Shown here in pieces: positions 31,630-40,457 of a stretch of DNA of 64,000 nt. A program made the position numbers and the translations under genes. The notes below the pieces were generated by a model. The model worked only from the letters and a program-made list of their open reading frames with translations, did not search any database and was not told where the DNA came from. Numbering within the stretch: the first letter of the stretch is position 1; every line of letters starts with the position of its first letter. Source of the stretch: Mycobacterium sp. (lineage in GTDB: Bacteria > Actinomycetota > Actinomycetes > Mycobacteriales > Mycobacteriaceae); assembly GCF_035506235.1 (NCBI RefSeq), contig NZ_DATJPU010000216.1:1974-65973 (forward strand), given 5' to 3'.

Positions 31630-33876
31630 CTACGCGTTCAGCGGCCGCTCGCCGATGACCCGCTCGGCGCGCAGGGCGGCCAGCTCGTCGTCGGAAAGGC
31701 CGAGCCCGCGCAGGATCTCGTCGTTGTGCCGGCCCAGCGTCGGCGGGGCGCTGCGGTGGTGGCGCGCCGGGCCGGGGGTGATGCGAAACGGCCACCCGGG
31801 ATAGCGGTGCGCTCCGGTGACGGGATGTACGAGCTCCTCGTAATATCCGCGCGCGTCGAGCTGAGCCATGTCATACATCCGGTCACCGGCGATCACCTCT
31901 TCGGCCGGGATGCCCTGGGCAGCAAGGGTTTCCACGATCGCCTCCGGCGCCTGGGTGCGGGTCCAGGCGGCAACCGAGTCGTCGAATGCGTCGTGGTCGA
32001 CGTCCGGGTCCTCGGGCAGTGACAGCGCCACCCATACTCCTTCCGCGTTCGTCGGGTAGACGCCCTGCAGGTAACCACGCCGGCGATTGCCCTCCCGCGC
32101 GCGCACGACGCCGTTCATCGAGTACTCGATCACCGGCTCGGCAGTCACGCACGCAGCGACCTCGATCTGGGCGATCTCGATGAGCTGGCCCTCCCCGGTG
32201 CGGCTCCGGTGCTCGAGCGCGGCCAGCAGCGCGACCCCGGCGTGCACGCCGACGATCGGATCGGCCGGCCCCTGCGGGTTGCACGGCGGCCCGTCGGCGT
32301 AACCGGTGACCGCCGACATCCCCGAGGTCTGCTCGAAGTTCAGCGCCCAGCCGACGTAGTCACGCCAGGGGCCGTGCAGCCCGTATCCCGGCATCCGCAC
32401 GGCGATCACGTCGGGCTTCAGCGCCACCAGCGAGTCGTAGTCCAAGCCGAACTGCTCGACCACTCGCGGTGAGAAGTTCTCCACGACGACGTCGGCCCGC
32501 GCGGCCAGCCGGCGGGCGATGTCCAGGCCCCGCTGCGTGGTCAGGTCGAGCGTGAGACCGCGCTTGTTGAGGTTGGTGCCCTGCCAAATGGGGCTGCGCT
32601 CGTACCAGTCGTCGCCCTCGTAGGCGAACGCGCCCGAATAGCGATGCCCGTCCGGCCGCTGGATCGACTCGACCTTGACGATGTCGGCGCCGAACGCGCC
32701 CAGGTAGCAGGTGAGATACGCCCCGGCCCAGAACGTGGTCAGATCGAGCACCTTTAGTCCCCCAAAGGGTTCCGGCCGCGAGTGTGACGCCATGGTGATT
32801 TCCGGCGCGGAATTTCGCCGTGGCGTTACGCTCGCGCCCAACCGGAACGGCGTGCCGGGACGTTGAAATCCGCCGCCATCGATGAAGAATCCCCGCTTGG
32901 CGTACTGCGGACAGTCCAGCACGGTGGCGCCGTCGTTGACCGGGGCGGCCGGAATGCGCAGCGCCTGGCCGAGTTCCACGATCTCGGAGACGGTCTGCGC
33001 GGCGAGCAACGGTCGCGCCTTCGCGAAGAATTCGTCCCGCTCGGGGCCGCCCATCATGATCGCGAGCTGCTGCTCGCCGTACTCGGGCAGGCCGAGCATC
33101 GCGCACACGTCGAGCCAGTGCTGGCCGGTCAGGCAGTTGATCCCGACCCACCCGTCGGCGGCCCGCACGACCCCCAGCATCGGGGCCGACCTCAGGTTCG
33201 CGGGCAGGCCCAGGCGCTGCATCCGCTGCGCCATCAGCATCGGGTACGGCAGCGTCGACAGCAGCGCTTCCAACTGGGAGACGTCGACCTGCCTGACACC
33301 GCCGGCGGGTCCCAGCCGCAGCGCGGTCAGCGCACCCAGCGCGGCGTAGCCGCCCGCGACGTACTCCGAGATGCGGGCGCCGACCTGGACCGGTGGGCGC
33401 CCCGGGTCCCTGGCGCTGATCCACCCCGATGCCGCCTGCAGGGTCAGCGGCGTGGCCGGCCGATGGCGCCACGGCCCGGTCTGGCCGAAGGCGGAAATGC
33501 GAAGCAGCACCAGGTTCGGGTTGAGCCGGCCCAGGGTGTCGGGGTCCAGTCCCCAGCCCTCCAGCGTCCCGGGCCCGAAATCCTCGACCACCACCTGCGC
33601 CCCCGCGATCAGCTCGCGGGCGGCCGCCAGGTCGTCGGGCCGGGCCAAATCCAGTGTGGCGGCGCGTTTTCCGGCGTTGAGGTACTCGAACAGGCCGCAG
33701 CGCTGCGGGTCGCGAACCCCGCCGGGGAACGGGCCCCAGCGGCGCAGCGGGTCGCCGGCGGGAGGCTCGATCTTGGTGACCGCGGCGCCGAGGTCGGCGA
33801 AAAGCTTTGCGGCGTAAGGGCCCGCAATCTCGTGGGCGAATTCGACGACGTGGATCCCGGCGAGGGGACCCGTCAT
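31630..33876 (-). CDS. Double-domain CaiB/BaiF (family III) CoA transferase
   Basis: Two tandem N-terminal-type motifs: PLAGIHVVEF..AGPYAAKLFADLGA and FGGLKVLDL..AGAYLTCYLGAFGAD. Confidence 0.9.
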   Translation of the reverse strand: MTGPLAGIHVVEFAHEIAGPYAAKLFADLGAAVTKIEPPAGDPLRRWGPFPGGVRDPQRCGLFEYLNAGKRAATLDLARPDDLAAARELIAGAQVVVEDFGPGTLEGWGLDPDTLGRLNPNLVLLRISAFGQTGPWRHRPATPLTLQAASGWISARDPGRPPVQVGARISEYVAGGYAALGALTALRLGPAGGVRQVDVSQLEALLSTLPYPMLMAQRMQRLGLPANLRSAPMLGVVRAADGWVGINCLTGQHWLDVCAMLGLPEYGEQQLAIMMGGPERDEFFAKARPLLAAQTVSEIVELGQALRIPAAPVNDGATVLDCPQYAKRGFFIDGGGFQRPGTPFRLGASVTPRRNSAPEITMASHSRPEPFGGLKVLDLTTFWAGAYLTCYLGAFGADIVKVESIQRPDGHRYSGAFAYEGDDWYERSPIWQGTNLNKRGLTLDLTTQRGLDIARRLAARADVVVENFSPRVVEQFGLDYDSLVALKPDVIAVRMPGYGLHGPWRDYVGWALNFEQTSGMSAVTGYADGPPCNPQGPADPIVGVHAGVALLAALEHRSRTGEGQLIEIAQIEVAACVTAEPVIEYSMNGVVRAREGNRRRGYLQGVYPTNAEGVWVALSLPEDPDVDHDAFDDSVAAWTRTQAPEAIVETLAAQGIPAEEVIAGDRMYDMAQLDARGYYEELVHPVTGAHRYPGWPFRITPGPARHHRSAPPTLGRHNDEILRGLGLSDDELAALRAERVIGERPLNA

Positions 33877-35369
33877 GCGGGAATCCCGATGGCCTTCATC
33901 TCCATGTACTGGTGCAGGCCGACGACTCCGCCGCTCTCCCGGCCGAACCCGCTCAGCTTGAAGCCGCCGAACGGCGCGTCACCGGGGCCGACGCCGTTGA
34001 CCGCGACCTGGCCGGTGCGGATGCGCCGTGCTACGCCGACGGCCCGTTCCACGTCGGCTGCCCACACGGCCCCGGAGAGCCCGTAGCGCGAGTTGTTGGC
34101 GATCGCGATCGCGTCGTCGTCGTCGGAGTAGCGCAGCACCGACAGCACGGGCCCGAAGACTTCCTCCTGGGCGATCGTCGAATCCGGGTCGACGTCGGTG
34201 AGGATCGTCGGCTCGAAGTAGAACCCTACGTCCAGGCCGGCCGGACGGCCGCCGCCGGTCGCGAGCTTGGCCCCGTCGTTGACCGCCCCGTCGACGTGGG
34301 CCTGGACGCGGTCCCGCTGCGCCGCGCTGATCAGCGGCCCCATCTGCGCCCCGGGGTCCCTGGGGTCGCCGACTTTCACGTCGCGGGCGAGCGCGACGAG
34401 CCGGTCGACGAGGTCGTCGTGCAGCGAGTCGGGAACCAGGAGCCGGCTGTGCAGGATGCAGGCCTGCCCGGCGTGCAGCGAGCAGCAGTCGAACAGCATC
34501 TGCCGCAGCATCTCGTCGGTCACCTGCGCGTCGTCGAGCACGATGCTCGCCGACTTTCCGCCGCACTCCAGCAACAGCCGCTTCATGGCGTCGCCCGCGG
34601 CGCGCATGACCTCGCAGCCGACGGCCGAGCTGCCGGTGAAGCTGACCATGTCGACGCGCGGGTCGGTGGTGAGCAGCCGCGCGGCCTCGAGTCCCGACGG
34701 CGTGACGACGTTGACCACCCCGCGCGGGATGTCGGTCTCCTCGTCGATGACGCGCGCGAGCGCCAGCCCTGCGAGCGGCGTCAGCGGCGAGGGCTTGAGC
34801 ACGACGGTATTGCCGGCCGCCAAGGCGTTGTTCACCTTCATGACGTTGAGGCAGTGCGGGAAGTTCCACGGCGTCAGGATGGATACGACGCCGAGCGGCT
34901 CGCGCCGCAGCAGCGTCGTTCCCGCGCCGACGCCGCTGACCGGCTCGTCGGTCAACTTGGTGGCGAGCTGGGCCGCGTGCATGGACATGTATCCGGCGCC
35001 GTCGATCTGCATCATCCGCTCGTTTTCGACGCAGCCCCACTCCGCCTGCGACAGCGCGAAGAACTCGTCGGCGTGCCTGCCCAGGGCTTCGCCGAGTTGG
35101 TTGAGGCAGGCGGCCCGCTCTTCGGGGCCGGTGGTCGCCCACGGCCCACTGTCGAAGGCCCGGCGCGCCGCGGCGATCGCCTCGCCGACCTGCGCGACGC
35201 TGGCGTCGGGCGCGGCGGCGATGGTCTGTTCGGTGGCGGGGTCGATGTCGTCGTAGCGACCGCCCTCCGGTTCGACCCAGCTGCCGTCGATGTAGAGCTG
35301 GTAGGAGTCGGCAAGTGGTCCCGGAGGTTGCAGCTCGGCCATGTGCGTCCTTACCCGAATGTCGGTCAT
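33873..35369 (-). CDS. NAD(P)-dependent aldehyde dehydrogenase
   Basis: TPWNFP, FTGSSAVG, LECGGKS (Glu), AGQAC (Cys), EEVFGPV. Confidence 0.95.
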   Translation of the reverse strand: MTDIRVRTHMAELQPPGPLADSYQLYIDGSWVEPEGGRYDDIDPATEQTIAAAPDASVAQVGEAIAAARRAFDSGPWATTGPEERAACLNQLGEALGRHADEFFALSQAEWGCVENERMMQIDGAGYMSMHAAQLATKLTDEPVSGVGAGTTLLRREPLGVVSILTPWNFPHCLNVMKVNNALAAGNTVVLKPSPLTPLAGLALARVIDEETDIPRGVVNVVTPSGLEAARLLTTDPRVDMVSFTGSSAVGCEVMRAAGDAMKRLLLECGGKSASIVLDDAQVTDEMLRQMLFDCCSLHAGQACILHSRLLVPDSLHDDLVDRLVALARDVKVGDPRDPGAQMGPLISAAQRDRVQAHVDGAVNDGAKLATGGGRPAGLDVGFYFEPTILTDVDPDSTIAQEEVFGPVLSVLRYSDDDDAIAIANNSRYGLSGAVWAADVERAVGVARRIRTGQVAVNGVGPGDAPFGGFKLSGFGRESGGVVGLHQYMEMKAIGIPA

Positions 35370-35497
35370 CTAGAGAGCCAGTGTTCACCCCCCGCGTCCC
35401 CGCCGTCAATCATCAATACGGCGAATTTCCCTCTATTTCATGGCGTTGCGAACGTGTTGACAGCCGCGGCCATGCCAGAGTAGACACAACGTCGCAA

Positions 35498-35518
35498 GAC
35501 ACATTGCCTCGATGTGTC
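35498..35518. promoter_or_regulatory. Candidate operator palindrome in the divergent ALDH/P450 promoter
   Basis: GACACAT-N7-ATGTGTC downstream of TTGACA (35457). Confidence 0.4.
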
Positions 35519-35543
35519 GGATCGCCGTTCAGGGAGGCCGGCC

Positions 35544-36734
35544 GTGCGGACTACTTTTCCCGCTTCTCTGTTGCACTCCCCCGACTTCTACGCCGGCGAC
35601 CCGTACCCGGCGTACCGGGAGTTGCGCGCGGCGTCGCCGGTGTGCTGGAACGACGTCACCAACTTCTGGGCGCTGCTGAAGTACGAGGACATCCGTTTCG
35701 TGTCGGGCAACCCGGCGCTGTTCTCGTCCACCCGGGGCATCACCATCCCCGACCCGAACATGCCGAGCCCGGTCCAGCCGGGCAGCCTGATCTTCACCGA
35801 CCCGCCGCGGCACCGGCAGATGCGCAAGCTGATCAACTCGGGGTTCACCCGGCGGCGGGTGGCCGTGTTGGAGCCGAAGATCCGCGAGATCGTGCGGGGC
35901 ATCCTCGACGGCGTCCAGCCCGACTCCGCCCACGAGTTCGCCGAGGAGATCGCCGCGCCGCTGCCCACCCGGATGATCGCCGAGCTCATCGGCGCCCCGC
36001 CCGACGACTGGGAGCAATTCCGGGCCTGGTCGGACGCCGCCACCGGGACCGCCGACCCGGAGATCGAGCTCGACCCGCTGGTGGCCATGGGGCAGCTGTT
36101 CGAGTACTTCCAGAAGCTGATCGCGGCCCGGCGCGTCGACGCCCGCGACGACCTGCTGTCGGTTCTGGCCGGAGCGGAGATCGACGGGGTCCGCCTCACC
36201 GATGAGGACCTGCTGAACTTCGCGTTCCTGCTGCTGGTCGCCGGCAACGAAACCACCCGCAACCTCATCGCTTTGGGCACCTTGGCGCTGATCGCGCACC
36301 CCGACCAGTGCCGGCTGCTGGTCGAGGACCGGTCGCTGATCCCGGGCGCGGTCGAGGAGATGTTGCGCTGGAACAGCCCGGTGGTGCACATGGCGCGCAC
36401 CGCAACGGCCGACGTCGAGATTCGCGGGCAGCTGATCGCCGAAGGCGACACGGTGGTGATGCTGTACGGGTCGGCCAACCGCGACGAGGACATCTTCGGC
36501 GTGGACTCCGAGGAGTTCGAGGTGACCCGCCACCCGAATCCGCACATCGCGTTCGGCTGCGGTGAACACTCTTGCGTCGGTGCGCAATTGGCACGACTGG
36601 AGGCCACGGTCATGTTCGACGAGCTGCTGCGGCGGTTCCCCAGGCTGGAGCTGGTCGGCGCGGTCGACCGGATGCGCGCCACGATGGTGCCCGGCGTCAA
36701 GCGGATGCCGGTGCGGCTCGGGACGGCGGGGTGA
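35544..36734 (+). CDS. Cytochrome P450 (CYP125/CYP142-like)
   Basis: VAGNETT I-helix, EEMLR, FGCGEHSCVG heme motif; GGAGG RBS before GTG 35544. Confidence 0.93.
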   Translation: MRTTFPASLLHSPDFYAGDPYPAYRELRAASPVCWNDVTNFWALLKYEDIRFVSGNPALFSSTRGITIPDPNMPSPVQPGSLIFTDPPRHRQMRKLINSGFTRRRVAVLEPKIREIVRGILDGVQPDSAHEFAEEIAAPLPTRMIAELIGAPPDDWEQFRAWSDAATGTADPEIELDPLVAMGQLFEYFQKLIAARRVDARDDLLSVLAGAEIDGVRLTDEDLLNFAFLLLVAGNETTRNLIALGTLALIAHPDQCRLLVEDRSLIPGAVEEMLRWNSPVVHMARTATADVEIRGQLIAEGDTVVMLYGSANRDEDIFGVDSEEFEVTRHPNPHIAFGCGEHSCVGAQLARLEATVMFDELLRRFPRLELVGAVDRMRATMVPGVKRMPVRLGTAG

Positions 36735-37933
36735 TGGAACTCGACTACACGCCCGGGCAACAGCGGCTGCGCGCCGAGATCCGCGCCGCGTTGGAGAAGG
36801 TGATGACGCCCGAACGCACCATGGCGCTCGGTGCACGCATGGAGGGCGGCCCCGAGGTGCGCGAATGCGTACGCGCCCTGGCTGCGGCCAAGCTGCTGGG
36901 TGTCGGTTGGCCCAAAGAGTATGGCGGACGGGGATTCTCGGCGATCGAGCAGTTCATCTTCGCCGAGGAGGCGCAGCGGGTCGGCGCCCCGATCCCGCTG
37001 GTGACGCTCAACACCGTCGGGCCGACGCTCATGCAGTACGGCACCGAGGAGCAGAAGCGGACGTTTCTGCCGGCGATCCTCGACGGCAGCGTGGAGTTCG
37101 CGATCGGCTACTCGGAGCCCGGGGCGGGCAGCGACCTGGCGTCGCTGCGGACCACGGCGGTGCGCGACGGCCCGGATTACGTGATCAACGGCCAGAAGAT
37201 GTTCACCAGCGGCGCCGCGTACGCCGACTACATCTGGCTGGCGGCACGCACCGATCCGAACGCGAAGAAGCACAAGGGCATTTCCATCTTCATCGTGCCG
37301 ACCTCGTCGCCCGGACTCTCCTGGCAGCCGCTGCACACCATGCCGGGCATCTCCACCTTCTACACGTTCTACGACGACGTGCGTGTCCCGGCGAGCGCGA
37401 TCGTGGCCGGCGAAAACCACGGGTGGCAACTGATCACCACCCAGTTGAACTTCGAACGCGCCGCCCTGGGCAACCTCGGCGCGCTCGAGCCGCTGTTCGA
37501 GAAGACCCTGGACTGGGCCACCGCCACCGAGCTCGACGGCGGGCGCGTCATCGACCGGCCATGGGTGCGGCTCGCGCTGGCCCGGGTCGAAGCGCAGGTC
37601 GCCGCGTACAAACTCGTCAACGCGCGAGTCAACGCGGCCATGACCAAGGGCGCGCTGAACATGGGAGAAGCGTCGGCCGCCAAGGTTTTCGGCACCGAGC
37701 TCACCCAGCAGGTCGCCCGTCAGCTGCTGGAAGTGCTCGACGGCAACGGGGTCCGCCGCGGCGACGATGCACCCTTGCGCGGCGCCCTGGAATCCGCATA
37801 TCGCTGGGCGGTCATCAACACGTTCGGGGGCGGCGCCAACGAGATTCAGCGTGACATCATTGCCATGGCCGGATTGGGCATGCCGAGGGCACCCCGAGAC
37901 CTTCGGGCCCCAGACAAATCAGGAGGATCGTGA
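36734..37933 (+). CDS. Acyl-CoA dehydrogenase, catalytic subunit (FadE29/ChsE2-like)
   Basis: GYSEPGAGSDLASL, INGQKMFTS, FGGGANEIQR. Confidence 0.9.
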   Translation: MELDYTPGQQRLRAEIRAALEKVMTPERTMALGARMEGGPEVRECVRALAAAKLLGVGWPKEYGGRGFSAIEQFIFAEEAQRVGAPIPLVTLNTVGPTLMQYGTEEQKRTFLPAILDGSVEFAIGYSEPGAGSDLASLRTTAVRDGPDYVINGQKMFTSGAAYADYIWLAARTDPNAKKHKGISIFIVPTSSPGLSWQPLHTMPGISTFYTFYDDVRVPASAIVAGENHGWQLITTQLNFERAALGNLGALEPLFEKTLDWATATELDGGRVIDRPWVRLALARVEAQVAAYKLVNARVNAAMTKGALNMGEASAAKVFGTELTQQVARQLLEVLDGNGVRRGDDAPLRGALESAYRWAVINTFGGGANEIQRDIIAMAGLGMPRAPRDLRAPDKSGGS

Positions 37934-38478
37934 CCGATCAAGACTCCGAGGTGCTTGCGAAGCTGCGCGAGCTCGTCGGCAAGCCCACCGGCGGGACCGG
38001 AAAGCCCTCGGTGGCACCGGATCCGGTCAACCAGCCGATGATCCGGCACTGGGCCCACGCGCTCGACGACATGAACCCCGTCTACCTCGATCCGGAGTTC
38101 GCGGCGTCGTCGCGGTTCGGCGGCATCGTGTCGCCGCCGGTCATGCTGCAGACCTGGACGATGCCGTCCCCGAAGCTGGATGGTATCGGCGACCGGGGCG
38201 GCGCTCCCGTCGAAATCCTCAGCAACCCAACGGCATTCCTCGACGAGGCCGGGTACACCAGCACGGTGGCGACCAACTCGGAGTTCGAGATCGAACGCTA
38301 TCCCCGGCTGGGCGATGTCATCAGCGCGACGTCGGTGTTCGAGGACGTCTCCGACGAGAAGAAGACGGCGCTGGGCACCGGCTTCTTTTTGACCTGGGTG
38401 ATCACCTACACCGACCAGAACGGCGAGGTGCTGGGGCGACAGCGGTTCCGCGTGCTGCGATTCAGGCCGGCGCGCTGA
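37930..38478 (+). CDS. MaoC/hot-dog dehydratase subunit (ChsH2 N-terminal-like)
   Basis: PVNQPMIRHW, NPVY, PPVMLQTWTM, VATNSEFE. Confidence 0.88.
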   Translation: MTDQDSEVLAKLRELVGKPTGGTGKPSVAPDPVNQPMIRHWAHALDDMNPVYLDPEFAASSRFGGIVSPPVMLQTWTMPSPKLDGIGDRGGAPVEILSNPTAFLDEAGYTSTVATNSEFEIERYPRLGDVISATSVFEDVSDEKKTALGTGFFLTWVITYTDQNGEVLGRQRFRVLRFRPAR

Positions 38479-38876
38479 TGGCCCCCCGCCTGGCGCCGGC
38501 GATCAGTCCGGACACCGAATTCTTCTGGAGCGGGCTGCGCGAGCACAAGCTGCTGATCCAGCGGTGCAGCGGTTGCGGGGCGCTGCGCCACCCGCCGCGG
38601 CCCATGTGTCCGAAATGCCGCTCCCTGCAGTGGGAGGAGATCGAGTCGTCGGGTCGCGGCACCGTCTACAGCTACGTGATGCCGCACGAACCCCGCTTCC
38701 CCTTCTTCGACTATCCGTACATCGTGGCGCTGGTCCAGCTCGACGAAGGGGTGCGGCTGGTGTCGAATCTGTGCGGCATCGACCCGGCCGACGTCACGGT
38801 CGGGATGCCGGTCGAGGTCTACTACCAGGCTTTCGATAACGACCTGGTGCTGCACCAGTTCCGGCCTCGTCAGTAG
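38478..38876 (+). CDS. DUF35 Zn-ribbon/OB-fold protein (ChsH2 C-terminal-like)
   Basis: QRCSGCG..HPPRPMCPKC, GTVYSY, GVRLVSN. Confidence 0.9.
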   Translation: MAPRLAPAISPDTEFFWSGLREHKLLIQRCSGCGALRHPPRPMCPKCRSLQWEEIESSGRGTVYSYVMPHEPRFPFFDYPYIVALVQLDEGVRLVSNLCGIDPADVTVGMPVEVYYQAFDNDLVLHQFRPRQ

Positions 38877-38884
38877 GTGGCACA

Positions 38885-40000
38885 ATGGATTTCACCTTCA
38901 CCGAAGAGCAGGAGGCGATCGCCGAACTCGCCCGCGAGATCTTCGAGCGCCGGGCCACCCCCGAACGGCTGACCGAACTGGAGGCGGGCGAGACCCGGTT
39001 TGACGCGGCGCTGTGGCGGGAGCTCGCGGCCGCCGACCTGTTGGGCACGGCGCTGCCGGAGGCGGTCGGCGGGACAGGCGGCGGCTTCGTGGAACTCGGG
39101 GTGCTGCTGGCCGAGGTGGGCTGGAGCGTCGCGCCGGTGCCCGCGTATGCGACGCTGGTGCTCGGCGCCGACCCGATCGCCCGGCACGGCACCCCGGAGC
39201 AACGGCGACGGTTTTTGCCGGGCGTCATCGCGGGAACCCGCATCCTGAGCGCGGGCCTGCAAGAGCCGGGCCGCTCCGACCCGCTGAGGCCGTCTTGTAC
39301 CGCGCGCCGTGACGGCCCGAACTGGCGGCTGGACGGTGCCAAGGAGCTGGTGCCGGCCGCCCAAATCGCCGACACCATTGTGGTTCCGGCCGCTACCGAC
39401 GACGGTGGTGCGAGGCTGTTCCTGCTGCCCACCGACGCCCACGGCATCGAGGTCCGGCCGGTCGCGACCACCAACGGAGAACCGCACGCGGACGTATTCC
39501 TCAACGGCGCAACAGTTTCCGAGGACGACCGGCTCGACGGGCCGATCGAGTCGCTCTACACGCGCGCCCTGGTCGGCCTGTGCGCGATCCAGCTCGGCGT
39601 CTCCGACCGGGCGTTGCGCATCGCGGCCGACTACACCAGCGGGCGTGAGCAATTCGGGCGACCTATCGGCAGCTTTCAGGCGGTGCAGCAGCGGATGGCC
39701 GACGCCTTCATCGACGTCGAGGCGATCCGGTGGACCACCTGGCATGCGGCCTGGCTCGTCGCGCGGGGACGGCCCTTGGAAGAGGCCCGGCGGGCGGCCC
39801 GCATCGCGAAGTTCTGGGCCGCCGAGGCCGGCGCCCGGGTCGCCGCCACCACCCAACACGTCCACGGCGGCATCGGGATCGACGTCACCTATCCGCTGCA
39901 CCGCTACTTCCTGTGGGCCAAACACAACGAGCTCACCCTCGGTCCCGCCAGTGCCCAGCTGGCCGGTATCGGCAGCACCTATCCGGAAGGAAACCGATGA
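38885..40000 (+). CDS. Acyl-CoA dehydrogenase, partner subunit (FadE28/ChsE1-like)
   Basis: REQFGRPIGSFQAV, QHVHGGIGID; lacks the GGxxEI catalytic motif. Confidence 0.88.
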   Translation: MDFTFTEEQEAIAELAREIFERRATPERLTELEAGETRFDAALWRELAAADLLGTALPEAVGGTGGGFVELGVLLAEVGWSVAPVPAYATLVLGADPIARHGTPEQRRRFLPGVIAGTRILSAGLQEPGRSDPLRPSCTARRDGPNWRLDGAKELVPAAQIADTIVVPAATDDGGARLFLLPTDAHGIEVRPVATTNGEPHADVFLNGATVSEDDRLDGPIESLYTRALVGLCAIQLGVSDRALRIAADYTSGREQFGRPIGSFQAVQQRMADAFIDVEAIRWTTWHAAWLVARGRPLEEARRAARIAKFWAAEAGARVAATTQHVHGGIGIDVTYPLHRYFLWAKHNELTLGPASAQLAGIGSTYPEGNR

Positions 40001-40004
40001 CCCT

Positions 40005-40457
40005 ATGACAGCAGCCAAGCCCCGCTCGACACTCAAGTGGGCCGACATCGATGTCGGGGACGAGGTGACCACCCTCGAAATCCCCATCACCACAACGATG
40101 ATCGTCGCCGGCGCGATCGCCTCGCGGGACTTCATGCCGGTGCACCACGACCGCGACTACGCCAACAAGCAGGGCTCCCCGAACCTGTTCATGAACATCC
40201 TGACCACCAACGGGTATTGCGTGCGCTTCCTCACCGACTGGGCCGGACCCGAGGCGATGGTGAAGAACCTGTCGATCCGCCTCGGCGTGCCGTGCTTCCC
40301 CGATGACCCGCTGCGCTTCACCGGCAGCGTGACTTCTAAAACCGAAGGTTCGGACGGGGAGAACTTCGTCGAGGTGACGTTCAGGGGCTCCAACAGCCTC
40401 GGCGACCACGTCTCCGGCACCGCGGTGCTCAGCCTGCTCGACGGGGCCGGCGCGTGA
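40005..40457 (+). CDS. MaoC hydratase catalytic subunit (ChsH1-like)
   Basis: ASRDFMPVHHD (Asp/His dyad), FMNILTT, IRLGVPCF. Confidence 0.9.
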   Translation: MTAAKPRSTLKWADIDVGDEVTTLEIPITTTMIVAGAIASRDFMPVHHDRDYANKQGSPNLFMNILTTNGYCVRFLTDWAGPEAMVKNLSIRLGVPCFPDDPLRFTGSVTSKTEGSDGENFVEVTFRGSNSLGDHVSGTAVLSLLDGAGA

